Origin: Lama glama
Taxonomy: Eukaryota
DNA length: 64,000 nucleotides
NCBI GenBank assembly: GCA_028534125.1
Contig: CM052816.1
Location: 41,914,001-41,978,000 of the forward strand
Direction: 5' to 3'
A model generated the notes under the pieces. The model worked only from the letters and a program-made list of their open reading frames with translations, was not told the origin of the DNA and did not search any database. Of this stretch, positions 1-12,600 are shown piece after piece; within the stretch, counting starts at the first letter, position 1, and the number at the start of each line of letters is the position of its first letter. A program made the position numbers and the translations under genes.

Positions 1-199
1 TCTATAATGAGTATATACTAAAATTATTTCTGCAACTACATTTTGAATTTCTAGAAATTGCTTGACTTTTTATACCTATATTAAGATGCTAAAATTGAGT
101 CTTTATGTCTCAACTTTGTCTGAGGTCTGATGACAGCAGATATCAGAAGCAACAGTGAATTATAAGGTAGACTACCGTGACGGTTTTGCAAAAAGTAGG

Positions 200-1098
200 T
201 GGCCAAGCATTTGTTATATAATTCTTAAAATCCTTTATGTACATTGTGGGTGTAGAGAGTTGAGAAAAGTGTTTAGGAAAGAGCTTGTGTTTTGGAAGAA
301 TCCTCTCCTCCCACCCTGGGAAAGGGGTCAGAGATTTCTGCCTGCTACGTTAAACCTGGTAAGAAGCATCAGTAAAACCATTAAGAGAGTTGCATATACA
401 TCATGCCTTGTGGTTGGAGGGATGTAGGGGGCTAATGTCCAACTCCCATATGGGAATGTCTGAAAGTAAAAGTGGGCTGGTTCGCTGCCTCAGTGGTAGA
501 GGCAAGGAGAGATGGCTGCATGCGTCACCTGTATTTTCAGTTTGTCAGGGTAGAGGGATCAGGAAAGTTTTCTGTGAATGGATGATGTACACATGCACGA
601 CAGAGGACCAGCTTGGGAGTGATCATAAATCCTGCCTGATAGGGTCTCCTGGAAAGGTAAACAAACCTCAGGACAGAGAACCAAAGCCAAGGATTTCTTA
701 TGCCTGCAAGAGAAGAAAGCTCTGAGTCAGAAAAGATTGTATCAAGGGCCCAGTGGGAGAGTGTACAAATGTCTGTTTAAGAGCAGGCTTTATACGTTGT
801 CCATGTCCAGAGAGCATTTGACATGATTCCAGCTTGTGACATTTCCAGACAAGTCAGAACTTTCCAGTCTCCTCTATCTCCCCTCCTTCCTATACTCCAA
901 CTTTGGAGGGCTTGGAAACTAGAAGTAGCAAAATAACATGGGGAAAGGAATTGGGAAAGAAAGACAGTGAAGATTACCTTCCTAGGGGGAGGTGGAGTAG
1001 CCATAATTTTGGTTTATATTGGGAGAGTTGAGTATTACATGGTACTGGGCATTTTAAGTACAGAAGTAAGGCTGTTTTGTGACTTGAAATTACCAAAG
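200..1098 (+). mobile_element. Ancient LTR fragment, probably mammalian Gypsy-type (MamGypLTR/LTR85/88-like)
   Basis: GC-richer, purine-rich block ending in TATTACATGGTACTGGGCATTTTAAGTACAGAAGTAAGGCTGTTTTGTGAC, which resembles MamGypLTR 3' regions as I recall them; cut off by the LTR16-like element. Confidence 0.35.
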
Positions 1099-1590
1099 GT
1101 GGCAGACACAGAAGATGGTCTGCTCATATTTCCTCAGTTTGCACTATTATACTGCATAACAACCTGATAGCTTCCAAACAGAAGCACCTGCAACTCTTTA
1201 ACCAAAGGCTTTTTCTGAAGCTGATAACTTTCTTCACTTGTGAGCAGGGCAGGCTGGTATTGCCAGGTAGTTAATACTTATTCCTCCATGAACAGCCCTT
1301 ATTCAATGACTAACTGATGTTAAATGATGGAAAACTATCCCAGCTCACTGGCCAGAGATGGGCTAACCTGAAGTTATGTGTTACATTGTTACTCAGAGTT
1401 TCAAACTGGGTTTGAGCTCCAGGAGTCTTTTGCAGTTACCTGCTCCATATGGCATCATTTGCTGCTTTCTTTTCTTTCCTATCTCATTTCCTACCCTTCT
1501 GTTTGTGCTTCCTGGAATCATCTTGAAAATAACTACTTTGATTAAATTCGTGTTTCAGCGCCTGCTTCTTGGGAAAGCCAGTTTATAATA
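1099..1590 (+). mobile_element. LTR16-like ERV-L 5' LTR
   Basis: Ends CCTGGAATCATCTTGAAAATAACTACTTTG...CTGCTTCTTGGGAAAGCCAG, matching the LTR16 3' end pattern; followed immediately by the ERV-L PBS-like GGTAGTACCAGAAGTGGT. Confidence 0.7.
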
Positions 1591-4410
1591 GGTAGTACCA
1601 GAAGTGGTCTCAATATGCAGGCCTTCAGGATAGGATTGTGGAATTGAATCACTGTTAGCATGTTAGCTACATGTTAGCAAATACACTATTTCAGGTGGTC
1701 CCTGAAGTGATGATCACTCCTGGCATTCTGTCACATCAAAATTACTAAAACTCTCATTTATGGGGAACTGAAATTGAGTATATGTAGAAGATGTCTTAGT
1801 TGATGCAATGTCTTTAATGCTTGGATGATGTAGAGAAAATGGTAATTCTAAGACTTGAAGTATTGTTGGCTCTTAATTGCCTTTGAAATGTTGGAAGAAT
1901 AAAATGAAATGCTCAGTTCACCTAACTATCGACTCAAGGGTTAATCATAACCTCCCTGGCAGCATTTAAAGAGATACTTACTTCATGTAGCCAGAGAACA
2001 TACTGTGGTAAAAAATCAGACCCAGGTGCTAATAGTGAAGCAGGGTATTAAAGAAGTTTGAATTCATAGTACTGGCAAATTTCCTATGCTAAAATCAGAA
2101 CCCTGATAGGGAGAAAGTGAAGCTCTGAGTCCTGGAGTAAGGATATTTGGGTTGGATACACTTGAGAATATTAAATTCCAAGATTTTCCTGAATCTTATG
2201 AGCCAATGTAAATGGCCCCTTCCCCTTGATAGAAAAGAATGTCTTCCTAATGTCTGAATATCATACAAAGACTTCATGCAAAGACTTCATCTGAGGTCAG
2301 ATTTTCCCAAGACAATGCTTTTCTTCCTCTGAAACTGTCCTTGAATCCTTTCATTGCTTCCAAACCAATAGCTAGGGTCAAATCTTATTAGGGAAGTATT
2401 GACTCACCAGAGAAGTCATGACCTGAGTAGGCAGGTACTGTCTCTCCTGCAGAATGAGATTATTTATTAAAAGAGCTGCAGATCTGGCTAATATATGCTG
2501 AAGAGAACCAGGACAACACACCTGAGGATAGATTTTAACAGTGCTGGACCCCAGGTAACTCAGAATATATTTTGGATGTATAAGTAAATGAAGTAAGTCA
2601 GATAAATACCTTGTGATCTTTCTCATATGTGGAATCTTAAACAAACAACCAAGCTTATATATACAGAGAACAGACTGGTGGTTCCAAGAGGTAGGGGGTG
2701 AGGACTCAGAGAAATGGGTAAACTATTTTTTTTTCAGTTTAGCCAAATTGAATATAAATAAGCAAATAAATAAGTCTGAGATGGGGTTACCCTCCTATGA
2801 CTCAGGATTCAAAAGAAGGAGAATTAAAGCGTATCTTGTTCTTTGACTGGCATTGCTCTTTGAAGTGTGGAAACAACAATGGCTTATAGTAAGTGAGGTA
2901 GTGCTGGTGAACTGCCTTAGAAAAGTAGCGATCAAGTGGTCAAAAGTCTCAGAGAATAGGAATGTTATAAGTGATTAATAATATTAGGCCGGAGAAATAT
3001 AGCTGACGGTGCACCTTGATAGATACCACATAATACTTTCTTCCCATAAGAAATATGAATGCATCAGTGATGGGGACACATGCACTGCTGAGAAGCCAGT
3101 AGTAGACTGCTATGAATCTGGGCTCGGGTATCAATGGGATGATAGGAATACCAAGTAGCAGAGGCAAGGTGATAACACTTAACAGTCAGAACCAGGATGA
3201 ACTACAATGTGAGGGAGGATGGACAGGATGGAAACCAGAGAGTCTTGACTGACAGAAATTTATGGATTTGGTTTATAGATTCTAATGATCCTAAGTCTGA
3301 GATAATTGAATAGTAATCCAGGAAACTGCTTGCCTTAAAGAACCAGAAAAAAATCAAGAACAAAAAGAAGGTTAAATTATTCACAGCAATGGAAAATTAT
3401 TAATTGTTTTCCCAGGTTCCAGACATGACCTTGTTCTCAAACCCAGAGAATGAAGGAGAGGCTAGTCCCTTTGGAGAAAGACCCTTTATCCCATAGCATG
3501 TCTTAGCAGTTACCTCAGTCCTTCTGCAGAGGGATCTTTCCAGAATAAGTTGGCTTTGGAAAAAAGGCAATACCCAAATCATTTGGTGATTGTTGGAGAT
3601 AAGATCTAAGCTTATTTTGATTGAAGGAACCCGAAATGTCATCCCCCTCTTTAAAATGAAGGCATATGGAGGCCCAAAAATGATGGAAGTCTTGGTGCAA
3701 GCTCATTTCACAAAGATTTGATGAGTTTTTGGACCAAACCTTTGGTCATTTCCTTTATTTATGAGTGCATAGTTGGAATGATTATAGTTAGCAACCAACG
3801 TAGCATTCACATTGGTTTCATGAACCGTAGAAAGGAATTATCATGGTTGGAAAGTAAAATTGGAAGCCCCTGAAAGTAACCCTGTTCTGACTGTGACCAA
3901 GATAGTAAATCAGAAATAATGCTGAATTTCTGTTAGGAAAAGATTTGTTTATAATTAGTGCTATCTTCAGAGACTTAAAGAATGCATGGGTTGTAGCACC
4001 CACTATATCTCCATTTAATTCACCAGCTTAGTTCCTTTCAAAACCAAATGTATTATGGCTGATGATAGTGAAATTCTGTATAGTTAACCAAAGGGTTACC
4101 TGAGTTGCTGTTGCTGTGGCAGATATGATGTCTCTACTAAAGCAGATTGATATAGCCACTGGAACTTGGAATGTGGCTACAGGTCTGGCAAATAAACTCC
4201 CCCCACCCCCAGTTCCTATTAGGAAGAAAGATCAAAAGCAGTTTGCATTCATCTAGGGTAGACAGCTGCAGGTATTCCTAATCTTGCCCTAGGGCTATTT
4301 AAACTACCTGCTCTGACACAGTATAGCCCAAAAAATGATAATAATCTCGGCTTTCCACAAACATGTTTGTCCACTATTTTGATGGCATTGTGTTAATCTG
4401 ACCTCAAAAT
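1591..4410 (+). mobile_element. Degenerate ERV-L internal region (HERV16/ERV3-16A3-like; gag-pro-RT N-half)
   Basis: From 3972 it translates DLKNAWVVAPTISPFNSPA*FLSKPNVLWLMIVKFCIVNQRVT*VAVAVADMMSLLKQIDIATGTWNVATGLAN, then KDQKQFAF and VHYFDGI (decayed YIDD); matches ERV-L RT with stops and frameshifts. Confidence 0.88.
2585..2775 (+). mobile_element. L1 3' fragment nested in the ERV-L
   Basis: AAATGAAGTAAGTCAG...CTCATATGTGGAATCTTAAA...ACAGAGAACAGACTGGTGGTT and an A-rich tail. Confidence 0.7.
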
Positions 4411-4503
4411 AGTTCTTGAACTTGTTTTTATCTTATCCTGTTACCACTCTCCTAGTTTACTCGTTTATTGTACATATTGCAATATTTTTGTGGCTAATCA
4501 CTC

Positions 4504-4702
4504 CAGTGATTCTCAGTAGTGTCCCCTTGAAGGGACATTTGGCATTGTTTCGAGAAATTTTTGTTGTAATGGAGGGATGCTACTGCCATCTAGTTGGTAG
4601 AGTACAATGCTGTTAAACAGCCTACAATGTGCGGAACAGTCCCCCACAACAAAGAAATGTCCAGCCCAAAATGTCATTAGTTCTAAGGTTGGGAAACAAT
4701 GC
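4504..4702 (+). mobile_element. MER20 (hAT-Charlie non-autonomous)
   Basis: CAGTGATTCTCA...GGGACATTTGGCA...TGCTACTGCCATCTAGTTGGTAGAG...CCAAAATGTCATTAGT...GGTTGGGAAAC. Confidence 0.85.
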
Positions 4703-4735
4703 CCTACTCAGTCTACTCTTAACATTGCATTCAAG

Positions 4736-5235
4736 TGTCAAGGACTGTGATGAGTGTGATGTTTTACCTCTACTTGCAAGCTAATAAGTTAAGCTACCAC
4801 AGTTGTTTTGATGCTGGCTGAAGTCCATAGTTAGAAATTGATTCCAAATGGCGCAGCAAACATAATAAGCATTAACATATCTGCATTGATTCTTCTTAGC
4901 CTCAAGTCCACCAGAATGACACAATGAACTTAGATAAATTCTACTCATTCAGTGACTTTACCTCTCGGCTGAGAGACCCAGGAACCCAGAGGCTTTGGGG
5001 CAAGCAAGGCACATTGTAGCAAGATGCAAACAAGCCACCCCCCTTTTCTCCTCTGGATTGTGAACAGTTACACAGTAGATACAAAGAATTGTAGTTGCCT
5101 TGACCTACTTGTTTTCCTATGTGAATAACTACAGGTATTGCTCAGTATCTGGAAATGTGTAAACCTTGCGATTTGGTAGAATTGGCAAGAACATGAAAGA
5201 ATGCTTAGAGACTGGTGAATTGTCTTTACTCCACT
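4736..5235 (-). mobile_element. ERV-L-class solo LTR (MER74/MER73-like; family uncertain)
   Basis: Starts TGTCAAGGACTGTGA...TTTTACCTCTACTTGCAAGCTAATAAGTTAAGCTACCACAG, the reverse complement of a known ERV-L LTR 3' end. Confidence 0.5.
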
Positions 5236-5752
5236 GCTATTACAGTGTAAAGTTTATTCTACTTCATGTGGCAATATAAGACCCTTTATGACTTGACTTC
5301 TAACTTAACCTCCATTTCTTAACTCAGACTTCAAACATTATCAGTAATGACTTGAAGTTATGTCATTTTACCACGTTATGCTGAAAAGTTACCTTTTTGC
5401 TCTTCCTTTTTCACTCAGATAAATTATCCTTATCTTCCAGGACTCATGTCAGGAATCCTCTACTCCAGGAAGACTTTCTTGAACTTTCTGAATGGGTTAA
5501 ACAGTTCTCTTCTGACTCTGATATTACTCAGAATCAATTACTTCAATCATTTGTCATTGGACTTAAATTCATGGTGTTGGAACTAGGTCCTGTTCCCTGT
5601 ATATTCCTGGTGTTGAAACAGTACCTGCAACATAATGGGAATGTAAACATAGTTTCTTGTTATTTTTATTATTACTATTACTACTATGGTATCCTCTTAC
5701 TACACGAACTCACCCCATCCAATTTTCCTTGCTTTCTTCATGCTTTTTTTCT

Positions 5753-5775
5753 GCGCGCGCACACACACACACACA
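5753..5775. repeat. (GC)n(AC)n microsatellite
   Basis: gcgcgcgcacacacacacacaca. Confidence 0.9.
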
Positions 5776-5883
5776 GAATGTAGGATGCATTTTCATAATA
5801 TCTAGCTGGAACTCACATGCCTCAAATTCTGAGCTATCTCCCTACTGCCAAAATACATTTGCAAAGAAGATATTCAGAGAAAA

Positions 5884-5921
5884 GGCATATCCCTGTGTAC
5901 TGGGCATATCCCTGTGTACTG
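5884..5921. repeat. Perfect 19-bp tandem duplication
   Basis: GGCATATCCCTGTGTACTG x2. Confidence 0.95.
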
Positions 5922-7459
5922 GGCCATTGGGTGCCTGTGGTAGATGCTCAGACAGGCACTGAGGGGTTCTAGGTCCCTTTTTGGCTCTCTCTCCCTCACA
6001 GTTTGCCAGTTTCTCTCTTGCTACAGTAGAGATGTGACTATTATATTTAATGTACAGCTACCATCACTAAAGAGTGATGATGGAACAAATAATGATTGGA
6101 GAGTTATTTTATCATGACTATTTTGCTTTCGAGTTGATATGTTCAGTGCCTACAAAGAATTGCAAAATGGCACAGTAATTCCCTCTCCTAACTGCCGTAT
6201 TAATTCAGAGTGCCATGCAAGCACTGTTGAATTTTTAAATTGCTTTTAGTTTTTAATTTTGAGTTTGGCTTAGCAAAAACTAAGAAGAAAATGGAACCTG
6301 ATAAGCTCTTAACAAATTAATACGTCCCCTCTAGTTATGTAGTACATTCAAGTACACAAAAACAATTATGCATAAATTGATGCAGATCGTACTCTTTCAG
6401 ATTTTGATAGTACTGTAACTGATACAGTGGGAGTGCCATGTTACTCTTTTCTTAGCATCTGACTTTTAAAAAAAAGTCCATTTAAACTAATGCTAGTGAG
6501 TAATACCATATGGGGTGGGTTTATTCATGTTTTATTCAACCATGAAGTAGCCAGATGAGCACTGTGTACCTTTCAAATCTTCATCCCTTCCCCTGTTCTT
6601 CAACCAGTGAGAATGACATTGTTCATTGAAATATGAGCTAACCTGCACTCCAGGTCCAGATTTTGTCTCTATTTTAAAGCTGTAATATAGAACATGGCTT
6701 TGAAAAACTGGATCAAGTTTTAAAAAATAGAAAAATGATAATAAAAATGTGTGCAGGTATATTTTCTTTTCAAAGAATGGAATTTTTGCTCTGCCCCTAA
6801 TAAGATGAAAAATCAGCTACAACTGCCAGGACAAAATTTCATGGCATTGCCATTTGATACAAATGTTCAGTTTCTCATTGAGAAGAATCTCCCCTGTACA
6901 ATATGGAAGATATATTAGAGTAAGAGAGACAACATAATTGCCCCAAATTGAAAGCCTTAAGTTTGATTTCCATTACCAAAGTTAACCATTTCCGGACACT
7001 TGGATCAAACATTTGGGCCTTCTTAGTCCAAAGCTGAATAGAAATAATACTGCTGTGCTTTTGGAAGTAGCCAAATTCAACCCTTTACTTAATTCTCACC
7101 ACCATCATCCATTCATGCAAGTATCTTCCTATGATATCTGTTTGTCAGTACTCCTTAAGGCAATAGCAGAAACAATATACCTGTTTAAGTATCTATAAGA
7201 TATCTTCTTAATATATATAAATCAAACAAATTCCATACTAATAAAACACTTACTACTTGTCAGATTCTGGTTATCATACTTAATTTCTCTGAAGTCAGGA
7301 ATAATACCTCTCTTTTACAAATCAGAAAACGATTCAAGAGGTTTAAGACTATGTCTAAAGTCATACAACTAATATGTGTAGATCTAATATGCAGCATGTG
7401 ATTTATAAAACTTAATATACAGTGGATTCAACTCAAATCAGTTCAGTTAAATTTTTATT

Positions 7460-7590
7460 ATTTTTCTTAATTTTTTATTATAATAAAATATACATAAGTT
7501 TACTATTTTAGCCGTTTTTAAGCATACAACTGTGGCATTAAGTACATTTGCATTGTTCCACACTACCATCCATATTCAGAACTTTTTCAA
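7460..7590 (-). mobile_element. L1 (L1MA/MB-type) 3' end
   Basis: TTTACTATTTTAGCCGTTTTTAAGCATACAAC-TGTGGCATTAAGTACATTTGCATTGTT...CAGAACTTTTTCA. Confidence 0.7.
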
Positions 7591-7619
7591 GGTAGGAGGT
7601 ATTTTTCCTCCCTATCTTT

Positions 7620-7930
7620 CTTATCTTGATCATTCGTTTATTTTTCATACTACAGCGTTGAATCAAAATGGACATTGACCTTGGTCTCATGGAGCTTCAT
7701 TTTCCTGGAATTGATTCAGAGTAATCAGTCATTACACAATTATTTGTTATTTCCTTATTTGTAAGACAGTGTAACATACTCTGCAAGACCCTAGACATTC
7801 AAGTTTGGTAGATAGATAGTAATCACAGTAATCACATAAATAATTGTAAACTTTATACCAGAGTAAGGAAGGAAGAAGGGGAGGGCTGGGCCATGAAACT
7901 ATAAAATAAAGGAATCTGATTTAGCAGGAG
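7620..7930 (-). mobile_element. L2 fragment
   Basis: TCATTCGTTTATTT...GACCTTGGTCTCATGGAGCTTCATTT pattern of a reversed L2 3' region. Confidence 0.45.
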
Positions 7931-7964
7931 GCAGTGTAGCTTCTTTATTGAAATAATTTTTTTT

Positions 7965-8292
7965 TGACTTAAACAATGTATAATTATTTTCTCATAGTTC
8001 TAGAGCTTGGAAGTCCAAAATCAAGGTGCCTTGAAGGTTGTTTTCTCCTGAGGCCTCTCTGTCTTGCAGATGGCTACCTCCTTTTCATGTTCTCATGAGG
8101 CCTTTCCTCTGTACATGCACATCTCTGGTGTCTCTCCCTTTTCTTATAAGAACAGTAGTCCTACTGATGTGACCTTTATGACCTCACGTGATCTTAAGTA
8201 CCTCTTTAAAGGGCTATATCTCTAAATACAGGCATGTTGAGGGGTAGGGCTTCAATATATAAATTTGGGGAGACGAAATTCAGTTCATAAGA
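7965..8292 (-). mobile_element. MaLR solo LTR (MLT1A/B-like)
   Basis: CATAGTTCTAGAGCTTGGAAGTCCAAAATCAAGGTG...GGGTAGGGCTTCAATATATAAATTTGGGGAGACGAAATTCAGTTCATAA. Confidence 0.85.
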
Positions 8293-9379
8293 GATTATGT
8301 GCTAGGTGGGAACTCCTTTGACCTGTTTCAGTGGGGACATGTTAAAAAGGATTGCTGCAAACTGGGACAAACTGTGCCTTTATGCCATCTAAGTGGAGCA
8401 GCTGCCATGTAGGAATATAGAATTTCTGTGGTCAGAGCCTCTGATTTTTTTTTTTTTGAGAAATACTGGAAATATGAATTTATTTTTTATGAAACCTCTA
8501 GATTTGTAAACAAAGAAAAAACAGGTAAATCAGTTGTTCTAGAATGTACAAATTAAGAATAAATTAAATAATTGATTAAGATTTAAAAAGAGGTAGGGCT
8601 TTTTGATATGGATAAAGAGGGTGATGCAAGCAGAGAGAGGCTGAGAGAAAATGCAGAGGAAGCCAGAATGCCAGGTCCAAGGGTTAAATTGCCACCCAGG
8701 AAATGCTGAAGAAGCATGTGGAAAGAAACAATGGGGGCTGGCCAGCCAGCCATCCCACGAGAGGCAGTTTTCACCACCACATTGCTAGTGAGCACCAGGT
8801 GACTGTCCAGTCTACAATCAGGAGGCATCTTGCCCTGATGGCTGGAAGCACTCTCAGCAGCCAGACTTCCAGCTGGTGCACCCCCAAACATGTGTCAGGA
8901 CTTTGCTTAGCCCTTTTGTGTATGCCATGACACCACGTCCCAACAAGGCTCTCAGGACAATTATAAGACTAGAAGAATCCTTTGACATCTAGCAGAAGGG
9001 TGGCAGGAATCATACTTGGAGAAGAGGAGGCCAAGTTTGAATGGTGCCTTTTCTGGAGCCTGATGTTGGGGCCACCAGTGGACACTGTTTCATACAACTA
9101 GTCCCATAGGATGTTGAAGAGGTGCAGTGAGGCCAAGGAGGAATCTATAGTTTAAAGTGTTCAAGAAATGCAAAATCACATCAAACTAAAACTGTGTTTA
9201 TTCAGGGCACCTCAGAGAATGTCTATGCTAGTGAATTTTATAAATCTGCAAGGGTAGGTACAGCATCTACTGTGTTTCTAATTTACATGGCTGTGGAACT
9301 CTATCTTTAAGAAGCTTCTGTCTTAGAAATCTCAAAATGGCAGCCTCACTGATTTGTTTCATTTGTCCCACAGAAGTCT

Positions 9380-9850
9380 GTTGAAATAACTTTTGAGCTG
9401 AGAGCTGAGGAAGAAGCATGTGAGACAAGCTGGTGTGGGTAGGAAAATCTTTATAAAGGAGCTTCATGTGCAAAGGTGCAAAGGAAAGAGGGCAGGCTAT
9501 TCTAAGGACCCAAGATAAAGTCATTACGGCTACTGTCCAGAGAGGGAGCTTTCTATGATATGAGCAAATGGGAGTCAGACCACAAGGTGTCTAAAGGTTC
9601 ATGTTAAAGATTTTGTCCTTTAAGGGCAAGGGAAGCTTTAGAAGTGTTTTAAGTAACAGAGTAATATAATCAGAATTTCATTTCTAAAACATGGCTTTGG
9701 CTGCTTGTACAGAAAAGACTGCATGAAAGGCAGTCCAAATGGATGGTGGAAATTAACATCTCTTAAAGCAGCTCAGGTGAGAGTATGGCTTGGATTCTGG
9801 TAGAGGCAGAGAAAATGGGAAGAAGTAGAATGGGAAGAATTGATTATGGG
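9380..9850 (-). mobile_element. L2 fragment
   Basis: TTTGAGCTGAGAGCTGAGG...CATGTGCAAAGG...GTTAAAGATTTTGTCCTTTAAGGGCAAGGGAAGC...GGCTTTGGCTGCT. Confidence 0.65.
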
Positions 9851-10249
9851 AATTAATGATACATCCAGTGAACATGTTAGTGTTTGTACTGTCAGTTTGA
9901 AGTCCTTTAGGGGCAGGAAATGTAGCTTCTTAAACTTTCTTTTCATAATAATCAGTATAATTACATTTAGAAATTGAATTGCTGTCTCTGATCATTAAAT
10001 CATAAGCTTATAAAGGCTCTGAAAACTTGTTCTACTTTGTTTCCTTTCCTTAGGATAGGAAAATAGAGTTTCTATTAAAAGTGTTTTTATTCTTCTGGTC
10101 ATCTAGTTAAGAAGGTTTTGTATTAATTTTGGAATCCTTCTCTAAAACTTCCTACCATGGGAAAACCCACTGGCATTTTTCTGTTCTCCACTGTAACTTG
10201 GCTTTGGATGCTCTTCGTGATCCTCCTGGGTTGTTTCTAAGAGGTTCTT

Positions 10250-10740
10250 TGTCAGCTTGTTTGACTACAACTTATAGTGGTGTAACTAAATAGAAGTTAA
10301 TTTTTTAAATCACATAACAAAACTCTAGAGGTAACATGACTGCTGATTTTGTTAATTTTATGCATCGATATATAAATACTTCAATCATATCAATGTCTCA
10401 AAGCACATCCATACTCAAGTTTCTGTTATCCTCTTGAAAACCTCTTGGTTTTCACATGAGACCACAAGATGGTTGCCATTGTGTCTTTGTCCCTGGTGGG
10501 AAAGTAAAAGGGTGTAAGAAAGAACACAGAGTAGCAACAGTATCAAGAGAGCTAAGGATTTTCCAAATATCCTAAGAGAACTCTTGTCTCTTTGGCCAAG
10601 ATTGTCACATGATTTCTCCTATGTGGAAAAGAATATTGGAAGATTTTTTTTAGCTCATTGTTTTTTATAATTAAGGAAGGCTAATAAAAAGGAGATTGGA
10701 ATGGATGCTAAGACAATCAAACTATACAGTACCTACCACA
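10250..10740 (-). mobile_element. Old MaLR LTR (MLT1J/K-like)
   Basis: TCACATAACAAAACTCTAGAGG...CACAAGATGGTTGCCA...TTGGCCAAGATTGTCACATG. Confidence 0.55.
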
Positions 10741-10799
10741 GTTTCCTGAATAGTATTTGTTTTTTTCTGATTCTTTGTGTTTTCAACTTTCCTTTCCAC

Positions 10800-11260
10800 C
10801 TATACTTCCCAATACAATGCCAAGTCTTATCAAATTAATTTTTGCAAAGCATCACTTTGGTCATATAATTTCCCAGGTACCACAGGAAAAAATAATCCTT
10901 CTTAACCTAGCATTCAAAGATCTTTACAGCTTGGCCTTAAACTGCTTATTAAAATTTATCTCCAATTATTCTTATATATAAATGCTCTGCTCCAAGCAAT
11001 ATCTGGCATGTTACTGTCTTATGTCCTGTTTTCCTAACTTAATTATTTTATGTGATCTTGACCTTACATAGAATTCCCCCTTCTCTTCTTTTACACATTC
11101 ATCATACACAAGTTCCATTTTAAATTCTGTCATACCCTGCCCTCCTCCCGCAGCAGTAATTATCCCCATCTTTCAACTTATGTATGTCTACTTACTTGTC
11201 TTGTGTTTATACCTTGGTTTTATTATTTTATATAGTCTACATTTTGCCTTTTCTTGTGCC
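10800..11260 (+). mobile_element. L2 fragment
   Basis: CCTTCTTAACCTAGCATTCAAAGATCTTTACAGCTTGGCC...CTCTGCTCCAAGC. Confidence 0.5.
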
Positions 11261-12399
11261 CATATATGCATATAATATAATATAATACAGTATTATGTTA
11301 CACAGCAGGAACAGAATACGTATTTGTATGTTGAAACAATTTCAGACAGAAAATTATTTTTATTTAAAAATCTTTCCAGTAGTGCATCAGAGTTTAACTA
11401 CCTGTTTTGTCAAGAAACCTCCCTTTAAGTTTAACCAATTTTCTCCTATGTTCCCCCAAATCAAGATAAATAGCTATTATACTAGGTTATTTTAAAATTA
11501 ATTTACAACTATAAATGTTTACCCTTTCAAGATCTGATCAACTGCATACAAGATCAACATTTTATATTTATATTGAATTTTCTTTGTCATATAGTCTTAT
11601 TTCCTTAATCATTTGCACATTTGATAACATAATTGACTGTTATTACATATAAAAGCTTCACAAAACAGAATTCACCTCATGACCTTTTCTTATTGTGTTT
11701 TAATGGTTTGTATGATATAAATTGATACAATTATGTTGGAAAATAGCAGAGACAAACAAATCATATGATCCCATAATATATACAGTGATTTGGGAGCTAA
11801 GAATACGTTTTAAAATTTATTTATATTTTGGGGGATAGCTCCCAAAGACTCCATTATGATGAATTGAAAAACATTTCAGGGAAAATGTTTATTTCAAAAT
11901 AGCAAAAGCATTTACTACTGGAGGTTTTCAGACAAGACAGATTTAATTAGGCTAGCCCAGAAGCAAGCTGATGAAGAAAAGAGCTGGTTACCCATTCATT
12001 TTCCACTTGCCAGCTGAAATTTCAAATAAAGCAACTTCTTTCCGGGTCAATTACAGGTGTATGGAAATAGATGAAAAGCAACTATTTATGTAACGTTATA
12101 ATATGATGATTTGCATCATGGACTAGCACAGTAGGAGTGGTATCAAACAGATGCTTAATTTGTGAAAGCAGTTATCTCAAAACAGACATTTTCTGAAATA
12201 ATTTGCTTAAAAATACTGATATGTTAATTTCTACTCAACAAAACGTTTTCAGTCTTATGTTAAAAAGGTGGCATTTTCAATCCAAATATTTGTAACAAAT
12301 ACAATCCAAATATTTTTGTTTGTATTTTATATTTTATTAGGATTGGTGATTAGTTTGTTTCACTGGCATACCAGTTTCTGTGGCTTATACAAAGGTTGC

Positions 12400-12600
12400 A
12401 GAGTGTGGCTCATAGAATTCAGAATAAGATATCTAGGTGTGAATCTTGTATACATTACTTATTAGTGTAGACTCATTAATCTCTCTGAATCTTGATTTAC
12501 TTGTTTATAATCACAGTATGGCTGTGAACATTAAATTAAAAAAATACTTGTTTACAAATGGAATAGTACATGTAATTGTTATTGCTTAACAAATGTTAGA
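12400..12600 (+). mobile_element. MIR SINE remnant
   Basis: CTAGGTGTGAATCTTG...TTACTTATTAG...AATCTCTCTGAATCTTGATTTACTTGTTTATAA. Confidence 0.5.
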
